From NCBI GenBank assembly GCA_902781455.1, contig CACZJF010000009.1:5115-69114 (forward strand): 64,000 nt of DNA, in the 5' to 3' direction. Positions 1 to 9,201 of the stretch are shown in pieces. Numbering within the stretch: position 1 is the first letter of the stretch; each line of letters begins with the position of its first letter. The notes beneath the pieces were generated by a model. That model made no database searches. It had not been told where the DNA came from and saw only the letters and a list, made by a program, of their open reading frames with translations. This DNA comes from an uncultured Lachnospiraceae bacterium (GTDB lineage: Bacteria; Bacillota; Clostridia; Lachnospirales; Lachnospiraceae). The position numbers and the translations under genes were made by a program.

Positions 1-1
1 A

Positions 2-541
2 CGGAAGTCCTGCCGCGTCCACGTCCATCGCCACGGCAAAACAGCCAGACGCACGGACAAGGGCAAACTTCTCTTCCAGCGTATTCACATCCCATGGCTT
101 GACAGTCGGGACAGCCTTGCCGCCAACGTTCGCGATCGCCTTGCTTGCTGCCTGCATGACAGCCGGATTCGTTCCATCTCCTGTAAATGCAAGGATTCCT
201 GCTTCTGCACAGCCGGAAACGAGAATGTCATTGTAAGCAACGTCATCCATCAGATCTCCATAATGAAGATTCACTGCGCCGACCGGGCCTGCAAAGATCG
301 GATACTTCATGGAATAACCGAAAAAGTCAAAGCTCGTATCCGGGGTAAAGTTCTCGCACAGGGTATCCATGTTGATCCGGATCTTCTTCCACTCTTCAAA
401 ATTACGGATCGCGGTATCACCATATCCCTTAGCGCCAGGCCCCGGCATCGTGCTGCGGCAGGCTCTTCCGTTACAGACAGGACATGCCTTGCAAGGACCC
501 ATGTTTCCCTGCGCATTTTCCAATACTTCCTGATAGGTCAT
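2..541 (-). CDS. FMN-dependent alpha-hydroxy-acid oxidizing protein (lactate oxidase/LldD-like), 5' part; runs off the window start
   Basis: Not in the ORF track; translated by hand from ATG 541 (SD AGGGAGGAG): MTYQEVLENAQGNMGPCKACPVCNGRAC...GDTAIRNFEEWKKIRINMDTL...YPIFAGPVGAV...AMDVDAAGLP, open to the window edge. Matches the clostridial alpha-hydroxy-acid oxidase N-terminus. Confidence 0.8.
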   Translation of the reverse strand, partial: MTYQEVLENAQGNMGPCKACPVCNGRACRSTMPGPGAKGYGDTAIRNFEEWKKIRINMDTLCENFTPDTSFDFFGYSMKYPIFAGPVGAVNLHYGDLMDDVAYNDILVSGCAEAGILAFTGDGTNPAVMQAASKAIANVGGKAVPTVKPWDVNTLEEKFALVRASGCFAVAMDVDAAGLP

Positions 542-554
542 GCTATCTCCTCCC

Positions 555-3065
555 TCAATTCACAACCACTTTGACTTTCAGTTTCTTCTTTCCACTCTTT
601 ATCACGATCACCGCCGAGCCCTTCTTCTTTGCTTTGAGGACTCCGGATTTTGTGACCTTCACCACACTCTTGTTCTTCGAAATGTACGTGATCTTCTGAG
701 CGGAGGTGACCGGATACAGTTCCGGTTTCAGCGCAAGCTTATCACCAACAGACAGATACACTTTCCTGGAAGCGATCTGAATCTTCTTTGTCTTAACCTT
801 CTTTTTCTGGACTTTGATCCGGAATGTTACCTTCTTTCCGCTTGCGCATGAAGCAGTAATCGTTACACTTCCGGTCTTCTTTCCTGCAGTGATCGCGCAG
901 GTACCGTCCTCATTCCAGCGCACGGTCGCCTTCTTCTTATCAGAAGACACCATCTTTACTACCTTGTCTTCGCCAGCAAGGCCAATGACCTTTAGTGCTT
1001 TCGTCGTCTGCTTCTTCTTCAGCGGAACACGATAAGTGACATTCGCATGCGGTTTGGAATATTCATACTTCTCTTTATGGGCTTCTTCCGCCTTCTCTTT
1101 GAGCGAAGCAATCGTCTGCTCGGCCTTATCCAGTTTACTGAAGTTCGTCACCAGATCCTGCTGTTCGGGAGACAATGAATAATATCTCTTCATTAAGACT
1201 TCCACCGCTGCCTTATCCTGAAGCGTGACAGAGGAAGACAGTCTGTTGATTGCATCGATGATATCCTTAACTTCCTTTTCCAAGGCAGCAATCTGTTGCT
1301 CTGCTCTTTTCAATGTATTGAAATTCGTAACAAGATTCTTCTGCTCTTGAATCAGAAGATCATAACTATCTCTCAATGACTCAACAGTATCTTTATTTAT
1401 CAGAGTGACAGTAGAAGGAAGTTTATTAATTCCGGCAACCAATTCAGTTGCGGGGAAAGTATCCAGCTTCCACTTCGCAGTGTATTTAGCATCATCCAAT
1501 ACGATACTGCTTATTTCGGGACTCCATCCAGTAAAAAGGTAACCTTTTTTTCCTGTTGTTTTCGGCGGAGCAGGAGTTGATGAACCACGCCTGACATCAG
1601 TTACTGTCACGGAAGAAAAGGCACCATGATCTCCTGGCGCAAATGTTACCTTGTACTTGATTAAACCAAACGCATTCGCAAAACCATATCCATAGTAAGG
1701 ATCTTTGCCAACAGCTCCCAGATCTTCCGCGTTTTTACAGATCATGTTTTCGATATCTGAAGGAGAGTAATTCTTATTCATCAGTTTCAACATGGCAGCC
1801 AAAGCTGTAACATGCGGAGCGGCCATTGATGTCCCGGAAAGCGATTTATACTTATTATAATCATTCTCTGAGGTATTTATAATGGAACTATATATATAAT
1901 TACCAGGAGCAACTACGTCCAGCGAATTCCCAAAATTACTATAGCTTTCTATCTTCTTGTCCTTGTCTGCTGATCCAACAACAATACATTTGGTAATATA
2001 GGCAGGGGCAACATTTTGACTATCGATATTCACCGGTACAGACACACCGTTTTCTTTGACACCGTTTCCCGCACTTGATACTACAGCAACTCCATCATTA
2101 ACAGCAGTATTAATAGTTGCTTCAAGTGTTTCGCTCTTGGTATTATTTGCATTAAAACTTAAATTGATCACTTCTGCCCCATGTGTTTTTGCGTGTTTTA
2201 TTCCCTCACATATAGTTGATATACAGCCTGTATTTGTTGCAGATCGAAGAACCCTGATGGGAATGATTTTCACGTTCAGACCTAACGTACACTGTGCCAC
2301 AATCCCCGCTACATGAGTTCCATGATGAGAGCGCAAGTTAGGAGTCTGAAGAGATTCATCAGCACTATCATAAATCTCACCCTCTTTAAAAGGATTATCT
2401 TCCTCTGATGAGCAAAAACAATCATCTTTTACATAACTTTCAGCATCTTCTGTAGCAAGACGATCTGTTAATAATGGATGTGTAAATGAGATGCCTGTAT
2501 CCAATATCGCTACCTTAACCTCGCGATTATTATACCCTCTATCAATTAGATACTGTGCAAACAGATCGAGCCCCATCTTTTCAATTCCCCAGTCCTTATT
2601 ATCTGTCGATGATGAAGAAGCAATAAAATTGAAAGGCTCCTCCTGCGCAAACACAGGGATATCCGGCTCCACATAGAATACAGACGCTTCCTGCTCCAGC
2701 TTCTGCTGCGCTCTTCTCGCAGCCAAAGAAGATTCGAACTGAATGATGTAGTGTCCGTCTCTGTCTCTGATCGCATCTACAGCACCGTAATCGTCCGGAT
2801 CCAGAGTGCTGTCATAAGATTTTACAATCAGACGTTCATTGATATATGGGTTCTTCGCTGCCTGCTGACGTGTCACATCTTTATCATATTCTGACGTCAT
2901 CTCAATCAGCTCATTCTGGAACTTCTGGTCAGAAAGTCTCGGAATCGGATCTGCGAACGCGGGAATTGCAAAGAAAAAGACTACACAAAAGACAACGGCA
3001 AGATAGATACCGTCTTGAATGAATGATGCTGTTTTGTTTCCGCATGCTTTGATCTGATGCGTCAC
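555..3065 (-). CDS. Secreted/surface S8 subtilisin-family serine peptidase with B-repeat-like, helical-repeat and C-terminal Ig-like (Big_2-type) domains
   Basis: Catalytic triad motifs VAILDTG, HGTHVAGIV, GTSMAAPHV; N-terminal signal-like segment (IYLAVVFCVVFFFAIPAFA); Lys-rich Ig-like C-terminus. Confidence 0.9.
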   Translation of the reverse strand: MTHQIKACGNKTASFIQDGIYLAVVFCVVFFFAIPAFADPIPRLSDQKFQNELIEMTSEYDKDVTRQQAAKNPYINERLIVKSYDSTLDPDDYGAVDAIRDRDGHYIIQFESSLAARRAQQKLEQEASVFYVEPDIPVFAQEEPFNFIASSSSTDNKDWGIEKMGLDLFAQYLIDRGYNNREVKVAILDTGISFTHPLLTDRLATEDAESYVKDDCFCSSEEDNPFKEGEIYDSADESLQTPNLRSHHGTHVAGIVAQCTLGLNVKIIPIRVLRSATNTGCISTICEGIKHAKTHGAEVINLSFNANNTKSETLEATINTAVNDGVAVVSSAGNGVKENGVSVPVNIDSQNVAPAYITKCIVVGSADKDKKIESYSNFGNSLDVVAPGNYIYSSIINTSENDYNKYKSLSGTSMAAPHVTALAAMLKLMNKNYSPSDIENMICKNAEDLGAVGKDPYYGYGFANAFGLIKYKVTFAPGDHGAFSSVTVTDVRRGSSTPAPPKTTGKKGYLFTGWSPEISSIVLDDAKYTAKWKLDTFPATELVAGINKLPSTVTLINKDTVESLRDSYDLLIQEQKNLVTNFNTLKRAEQQIAALEKEVKDIIDAINRLSSSVTLQDKAAVEVLMKRYYSLSPEQQDLVTNFSKLDKAEQTIASLKEKAEEAHKEKYEYSKPHANVTYRVPLKKKQTTKALKVIGLAGEDKVVKMVSSDKKKATVRWNEDGTCAITAGKKTGSVTITASCASGKKVTFRIKVQKKKVKTKKIQIASRKVYLSVGDKLALKPELYPVTSAQKITYISKNKSVVKVTKSGVLKAKKKGSAVIVIKSGKKKLKVKVVVN

Positions 3066-3217
3066 TACTGTAACTCCCCTGATTATCCTGAACAGCCCTT
3101 GTTTTGGGCCACTTGCTCACTTCCTCCGCCTGGTGTGTGCTTTCGCTTCATACGCCGAGTCTCAGAGAAGCCAAGTGTTCCAAAGCCTTACACCGGCAGA
3201 CATTAGCTGGCATTATA

Positions 3218-5359
3218 TCACTTCCCCAGAAATTCTTCCAGTAACTCTCTGGACGGAAGTTCCGCATACTGACAGCAGGACAGGTATTTCCACCTGTGCA
3301 TCACCCGAAGCGGCATGATGGTATAGCCTTCCAGCCTGCCCTCCTGTCCGGAGATCGCGGAATGAAAATACTTCTTGACATGATGTCCGCCGCTTTTCTT
3401 CACGCGTTCAAGGACGGTCGTCATATCATAGAATTCGCAGAAGCTGTCGCTCTCTTCCGGCGCTATGTATCGTTCGGCATACTGTCTCACAATCTTGTCG
3501 GAGTCGGAATCCAGTTCGGTCAGTTTCGCCTGGTCCGCATCGAGATACAGGTTGGTCACAGTGCCGTCCTCGTCAAACAGGTCGACACGGAAGAAAGAGC
3601 TCAGAACATATTGTTCCGCAAGCCGGATTCCTTCACTCTGAATCTCACGCGCAGATTCTCCGAGAATCATCACAATGACCAGAAATGCTGCGCGATCCCC
3701 TTCACGGCTGATGAACATCACTTCATTATTGAACAGGACGCCGTTGATCAGCAGCTCTCCCTTGATACGTCCGGCCGCCTCCGCTCTTCTGGTAAGCCGC
3801 AGAAAAGCAGTATTCTCCGCAAGTGTCGGAACATTGGCACGTCCCTGTGCCGTATCAATATCCTTGATCTGCACTGCATGGAGAAATTTATTATAAGCTT
3901 CATTTGCGTACAAAAAGTGAATTTCGCCCGCATCTGTCGTTTCTATAATCGTCATCGGAATACGGTTTTTCACTTCAAGCGGTTTGTCAATCATCGGTGT
4001 CGCGCTGAGCAGATTGATCTTGCCGATCCTGGAATAATAACGGTTGCTGGATGGTCTTTCTATCTCAAAACGATGTGGTGATTTCTCCTGAAGCAGATCC
4101 ATGTTCAGATCTCTTGGAAGCTGTGCAGGACAGGAAAACAGGAAGCCCTGCAGTTTTTCGCAGCCTGCTTCCAGCAGAAAATCATACTGTTCCTGCGTCT
4201 CAACGCCTTCCGCGAGTGTCTCCATGCCGAGCCGCTTTGCCATGTTGATCACAGACGCAAGAATGGTCCCTGTCCGCGGATTCTCGGAAAGCTGTCTGAG
4301 AAATGACATATCGATCTTCAATACATCGAAGTGATACATCTGCAGGTTATTCAACGAACTGTACCCTGAGCCGAAATCATCCATCCAGATCTCATATCCC
4401 AGTTCCCTGAATTGATCGATAATACCTGCCATGAACTTAGCGTGAGCAATGGCGCTTTCCGTTATCTCGATATGAAGCAGTTCTCTGGGAATATCATATT
4501 CTTCCCTGCACTTCTCAATCTCTTTGACGGTGTCCATCAGCCGGAAGTCGACACGGGACAGATTCACAGAAACCGGAACCACTTTCCAATTATAATCCAG
4601 TGCCTTGCGGATATCCCTGCAGACAGTCCGGACGATATGCAGGTCAAGCTTGTGAATCAGGGCCTCCTGCTCCAGCAGAGGAATGAAAACCCCTGGTGAA
4701 ATGATGCCGTAAACAGGGTCGATCCAACGCGCAAGCGCCTCATAGCCACAGCATTCCTTTGTCAGTACACGAATCTCAGCCTGATAGAAGGGCTGGATCG
4801 CACCATTCTCACAGGCCTTTTCAAAATTCCGCAGCAGATATTGCTGTAGTTCAAGAACCTTGGAAACCTCGTCCCTGTAGATCTGAAACGACTCTTTGTT
4901 CTTTTCCGCATAAGAGCAGGCAAGCTTCGCACGGTCCAGCGCACCAAAAACGTCCGGGATACGGTCGCACTGCGCGATACCGGCTTTCAGGATCATTCTG
5001 GAACCGCGGGGAATCTTTACCAGCTCCGCCTGCAGCTTTTCCAGATTCTCAATAATAAGGTCCGGATTCATGTCCGGAATCACAATCACAAAATGATGTG
5101 AACTCTCACGTGCCGGGTAAGCGGAAGAAAAATTCTCCAGAATCTTCCCCGCAACAGCATGAAGGAACCGATTCCCATGCTCATAGCCATAGTTCAGATT
5201 CAGTGTCTTAAACTTTGGGATGGTCATGTAAACCATGCAGCAATGCTGAAACCAGTCATCCGCTGTCGACTGGATATAATGAATCATCCCGTCCATCGAA
5301 AGAAGGCCGGTCAGATCATCCCGCTCATACTTGCTGTCCAGTTGCTTCATCACTGACAT
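3218..5359 (-). CDS. GGDEF(degenerate)-EAL c-di-GMP phosphodiesterase with extra C-terminal domain(s)
   Basis: DDLTGL start of GGDEF domain but signature replaced (RESSHHF); intact YEALARW, IEITES, DDFGSGYSS, KID, AEGVET, QGFLFS. Start chosen at ATG 5359 (SD AAGGAG). Confidence 0.85.
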   Translation of the reverse strand: MSVMKQLDSKYERDDLTGLLSMDGMIHYIQSTADDWFQHCCMVYMTIPKFKTLNLNYGYEHGNRFLHAVAGKILENFSSAYPARESSHHFVIVIPDMNPDLIIENLEKLQAELVKIPRGSRMILKAGIAQCDRIPDVFGALDRAKLACSYAEKNKESFQIYRDEVSKVLELQQYLLRNFEKACENGAIQPFYQAEIRVLTKECCGYEALARWIDPVYGIISPGVFIPLLEQEALIHKLDLHIVRTVCRDIRKALDYNWKVVPVSVNLSRVDFRLMDTVKEIEKCREEYDIPRELLHIEITESAIAHAKFMAGIIDQFRELGYEIWMDDFGSGYSSLNNLQMYHFDVLKIDMSFLRQLSENPRTGTILASVINMAKRLGMETLAEGVETQEQYDFLLEAGCEKLQGFLFSCPAQLPRDLNMDLLQEKSPHRFEIERPSSNRYYSRIGKINLLSATPMIDKPLEVKNRIPMTIIETTDAGEIHFLYANEAYNKFLHAVQIKDIDTAQGRANVPTLAENTAFLRLTRRAEAAGRIKGELLINGVLFNNEVMFISREGDRAAFLVIVMILGESAREIQSEGIRLAEQYVLSSFFRVDLFDEDGTVTNLYLDADQAKLTELDSDSDKIVRQYAERYIAPEESDSFCEFYDMTTVLERVKKSGGHHVKKYFHSAISGQEGRLEGYTIMPLRVMHRWKYLSCCQYAELPSRELLEEFLGK

Positions 5360-5446
5360 AATGCACCACTCCTTTTTAGAGATTGTAACATGAAAGTGGT
5401 ACATGTACAAATAAGTAATTTGCTAACCGGAATTGCTCTGGTAGAG

Positions 5447-8005
5447 TCACTGATATTTCACCTGAACAGCTCCTTCCAGGTCTGTTCTCCGGTATGGCAC
5501 ACCGGCTGCCTCTACCCGCCCGAGCATTTCTCCTGCCGGATGCCCATACCGGTTATTCTTTCCGCAGGAGATCAGCACCAGATCCGGCTTCACCATCTCC
5601 AGCAGCCCGGCAGAGGTTGCGTTCTTGCTTCCATGATGTCCGGCGATCAGGATCGTTTTATTTCCGCTTTCCAGGCCGGATGTCTTCCAGTTATTCTGAC
5701 AGAAGAACGGACTGTTGCTCCATGCCCGGACAAACATCTCCTCTCCTTCTTTTTCCAGGTCTCCCATAAACAGAATCTGCAGATCATGGTACTTCAGAAG
5801 CATCACAATACAGTCCTGATTGGCATCGCCGGTGATCCGGTCCGCGGACGGACTTAAGATGTCAAGACGCATACCGTCCTGTTCCAGCTTTGCGCCTGCG
5901 CTGACGCTTCCTGCCTTAATCTGATGAATTCCCGCAAGCGAAAGGATCTCCGACAGCCTCTCATCAGCGCATGGAAGATCAGGAACAAGGATCTGCCCAA
6001 TCGTCACATCACCCGCATTGTGGCCGGCCAGATTCCGGTGATAGCATTGAAGCATCTGCTGCAGTCCATTGACATGATCCTGATCCCCGTGCGACAGGAA
6101 AACCACATCAACCCTCCGGATTCCGTAATACTTCAGGGTGCTGTCAATTCTGTACTCCCAGACATTCTCTACAGAACTGGAGCCAGCATCAAACAGATAG
6201 ACACTGCCTTTGTTTTCGATCAGATTACAGCTCCCCTGCCCGATATCCAGGCAGGTATAGCGAAAGTCCACAGGTGCCCGAAAGCTGATCATGATAATCA
6301 GAAAAGCCATCCCTCCGAAAACCGCAGTTCTCTTACAGTTTCTTTGAAAAACACCTGGCCTTGTGTGCATCACCCATACCACACTCACGATCAGGACCAT
6401 ATAATATGCGATCACCTGCCACAGGGAAGGCCTTCCCAGAATCAATACGCTGCCCGGAAGATCCTGCTCCAGAGTGCAGATCAACCGGATTCCCTTCAGC
6501 AGGAACCTGCAGGGCCAGGCACATGTCTTTCCGATCGTCAGGAGTGCAGCACTGCCTGTCATCAAACCCAGCCCGCCTCCGATACAGCCGATCAGGCCAA
6601 ATCCCAGAAGGATACTCAAAAGAGGCAGGAAAAGCGGATACAGCAGGGATGAAAATGGCGCTGCCTGATAGAAAAACCACAGGACAGCCGGAAATGAGCC
6701 GAGCCACAGGCAGACAGAAGAGCATACTTTTTTCTGCCAGGCATACCGGGGTCTGAAGACGCGAAAAGCGGCTGGTGACAGATACTCCAGCGACAGAATG
6801 CAGATCATGGACATCAGGAATGCGCTGTCTTTCAGCGCATACGGCTGTCTGATCAGAATCACACATGCGGCACCCGACAGAGTACTCAAAGCATCCCTGG
6901 TTCTGCCGAAGATCTGACTCCCCAGCCAGATGGTAAATGTCACCAGTGCTCTTTGCGCGGACAGGGAAAAACCTGTCAGCAGGGCATAGCTCGCTACCAC
7001 AACGAAGGCGCCTGCGGAAGACAGAAGAAAGGAGATCCCCCGTGACCGCAGCAGCCGGTACAGCATCATGCCAAGCAAAGAGATGTGCAGGCTGGAGACA
7101 CAGACAAGCCAGGAAAGCCCGCCATCCCGAAACAGACGTTTCTCAGCAGAATTCAAGCCGGAATTGTCTCCCAGAATAAATGCAGAGATCTGCGCGGTGT
7201 CTTCCGGTCCAAAGACTGATTGAAGGCCTTGCTGCATCCCGATTCTGATATTACAGATCAGGTTCCGGTACGCAAGGTATCCTCCGGCAATCAGATTCCC
7301 CTCCGGCCTTCGCAGTTCTTTCACACAAGGCTGGCTCATCTTCAGCACGATCCGCCGTGCCAGTGAATAACGTCTGCTGTCAAACTGCCCCGGGTTCGTC
7401 GCCTTCTCCGGCTGGGTGCATTTACCATAGAGCGTTATGGTATCTCCGATTCTGACTGACTCGAAAAGATCTGTCTGATCTTCTTTCGCGTTGTATGTCA
7501 TCCTTTCATCGGGCCGACTTGCTTCCCCATACTGATCTCCTTCTGACCTTCCGTCAGACAAAAACACCTGCAGGCGGTCCCCCGGCACAAGCGCGGCATT
7601 CAGACTTTGCACAGCAGAATGAAAAACGGCAGATGTCTTCTGAACGGAATCGGAGCCGGAACCGGATCCGGACTCCGGAGAAGCAAGATGGTCCAGAAAC
7701 AGGCGATACCCTCTTGCTGTAATCTCCCGCGCAGTCACTGTGCCGGAGACAGTGAGATGCCGCCCGTCAGCAGCGCTGTACTTTTGACCGTCCGGATCAG
7801 AGGATGGCGGAAAAACGCCGAACAGTATCAGTCCTGCCAGAACAAGGGCTGCCAGAAAGAAGGGGCGTCTTAGAAACGTACGTATCAGAAAGGATCGAAT
7901 CAGATCAGAATGTATCTGGATAGAATGAATCAGAAAGAATCGGATGGCGGACCTCCTGAAGATGACATGGTTTCGTCTCTTTTCTATGATATCGGCAGAA
8001 TCCAT
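5447..8005 (-). CDS. comEC: DNA internalization competence protein ComEC/Rec2
   Basis: TNPGQFD motif, multi-TM competence domain, LDIGQG, metallo-beta-lactamase LSHGDQDH and GHHGS, ISCGKNNRYGHP. Confidence 0.9.
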   Translation of the reverse strand: MDSADIIEKRRNHVIFRRSAIRFFLIHSIQIHSDLIRSFLIRTFLRRPFFLAALVLAGLILFGVFPPSSDPDGQKYSAADGRHLTVSGTVTAREITARGYRLFLDHLASPESGSGSGSDSVQKTSAVFHSAVQSLNAALVPGDRLQVFLSDGRSEGDQYGEASRPDERMTYNAKEDQTDLFESVRIGDTITLYGKCTQPEKATNPGQFDSRRYSLARRIVLKMSQPCVKELRRPEGNLIAGGYLAYRNLICNIRIGMQQGLQSVFGPEDTAQISAFILGDNSGLNSAEKRLFRDGGLSWLVCVSSLHISLLGMMLYRLLRSRGISFLLSSAGAFVVVASYALLTGFSLSAQRALVTFTIWLGSQIFGRTRDALSTLSGAACVILIRQPYALKDSAFLMSMICILSLEYLSPAAFRVFRPRYAWQKKVCSSVCLWLGSFPAVLWFFYQAAPFSSLLYPLFLPLLSILLGFGLIGCIGGGLGLMTGSAALLTIGKTCAWPCRFLLKGIRLICTLEQDLPGSVLILGRPSLWQVIAYYMVLIVSVVWVMHTRPGVFQRNCKRTAVFGGMAFLIIMISFRAPVDFRYTCLDIGQGSCNLIENKGSVYLFDAGSSSVENVWEYRIDSTLKYYGIRRVDVVFLSHGDQDHVNGLQQMLQCYHRNLAGHNAGDVTIGQILVPDLPCADERLSEILSLAGIHQIKAGSVSAGAKLEQDGMRLDILSPSADRITGDANQDCIVMLLKYHDLQILFMGDLEKEGEEMFVRAWSNSPFFCQNNWKTSGLESGNKTILIAGHHGSKNATSAGLLEMVKPDLVLISCGKNNRYGHPAGEMLGRVEAAGVPYRRTDLEGAVQVKYQ

Positions 8006-8058
8006 TCCACCGGTGGCTGCACGCTCACTCTACCCCATATCCTCTGAAGAATCACGAC

Positions 8059-8105
8059 AAAAAGAATCGGCAGCTTCCGTTTCTGCGAAAGAACGGAAAC
8101 TGCCG
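8059..8105 (-). terminator. Intrinsic terminator-like hairpin between the GerMN gene and comEC
   Basis: Imperfect stem CGGCAG(c)TTCCGTT...AACGGAA(a)CTGCCG at 8068-8105, followed on the minus strand by ATTCTTTTT. Confidence 0.6.
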
Positions 8106-8202
8106 CACTGATGGCCTTCATACCTGTCTGTTATTTATTGTTACTACACATAATTATATGCAAAGCACAGCATATCAGTTTATGTGAAGCCGGAGCGTAT
8201 CA

Positions 8203-9201
8203 TCACTCTCCCTCCGACTCTTCCAGCTTCACAACCGGGTTATAGATCACATCCGCGTTTCTGGTAAATACCTGGTCCAGGTTCACCTGATCGCGGAACC
8301 GGAGGTCGGAAGAGCCTTCGATCCGGAATCGGACTCCTGTCAGCTTGTCTTCCGGACAGGAATCGATGATCGCGTTGGTGAACGCATACAGCACCGTCTC
8401 CGGATTCGCGATCACTTCGCCCGGAGGCGCACTGTTCATCTCGCTGCTGAAATCAACGATACAATAACCGTTGTTCACAGACACATCCTGGACAAGTGTT
8501 CCGTCTACTGCAACCGGGAGCATCTGGTCACTCTGCGGTCCCTGCGGTCCTTTCAGCATCTCCTCGATGACCATCTTCTCTTTATTGACATTCGAAGAAT
8601 AGTGGACCGTTCTGCTTTCTTTTGCGGTCATACTGCCGTCCTCAACAGGGAAGTAGAGGGTAACCAGCGCATTGCGGTAGGAGTTGATGCCCTTTCCGAC
8701 CGGAACGATAAATGTATCATTGGTCATAGGGCCGATCTCTTCGTCTCCGATCACGAGGTTCTGGGAATCCACCGTAAACCGGACGGCATCCACGCCTTTC
8801 AGCGTGACCAGGGTCTTGACCAGGGCGCCGCGCAGAAGCAGTTCCGTGATGGTATCAAGGCTCAGGTATTCCGCATTGAAGTCAACAGCGATCTCATTGA
8901 TACCGATAACGGTGGAGTTGATCTTAACCTGTTCCGGAAGAGCTGAGCGGACATCTGAACCGGTCGGATTCTGAAATGCTTCCAGGATTTCGGCAAGCAG
9001 ACCTTCAAAGTCTTCGCTTTTCGCCTGATAATCGCGTCTGACAAGAGAGGTTCCTTCCAGATCCGTGTAATAAATCTGGTAGATCCCGTCTGCAGGTATC
9101 TGCTCATCTGCCATGTCATCAGGCGCGGACGAACAGCCGTACAGGCTGAAAGCCAGCAGGAAGGCCAGCAGGATGATATAAAGATTGCTTTTTCTTTTCA
9201 T
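8203..9201 (-). CDS. GerMN-domain lipoprotein (two GerMN-like halves)
   Basis: Lipobox LYGC; VDFNAEY...ALVKTL...VDAVRFTVD and LLKGP-like (MLKGP)...VDFSSEM...VRFRIEG repeats typical of GerMN; 4-nt overlap with the kinase gene. Confidence 0.8.
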   Translation of the reverse strand: MKRKSNLYIILLAFLLAFSLYGCSSAPDDMADEQIPADGIYQIYYTDLEGTSLVRRDYQAKSEDFEGLLAEILEAFQNPTGSDVRSALPEQVKINSTVIGINEIAVDFNAEYLSLDTITELLLRGALVKTLVTLKGVDAVRFTVDSQNLVIGDEEIGPMTNDTFIVPVGKGINSYRNALVTLYFPVEDGSMTAKESRTVHYSSNVNKEKMVIEEMLKGPQGPQSDQMLPVAVDGTLVQDVSVNNGYCIVDFSSEMNSAPPGEVIANPETVLYAFTNAIIDSCPEDKLTGVRFRIEGSSDLRFRDQVNLDQVFTRNADVIYNPVVKLEESEGE

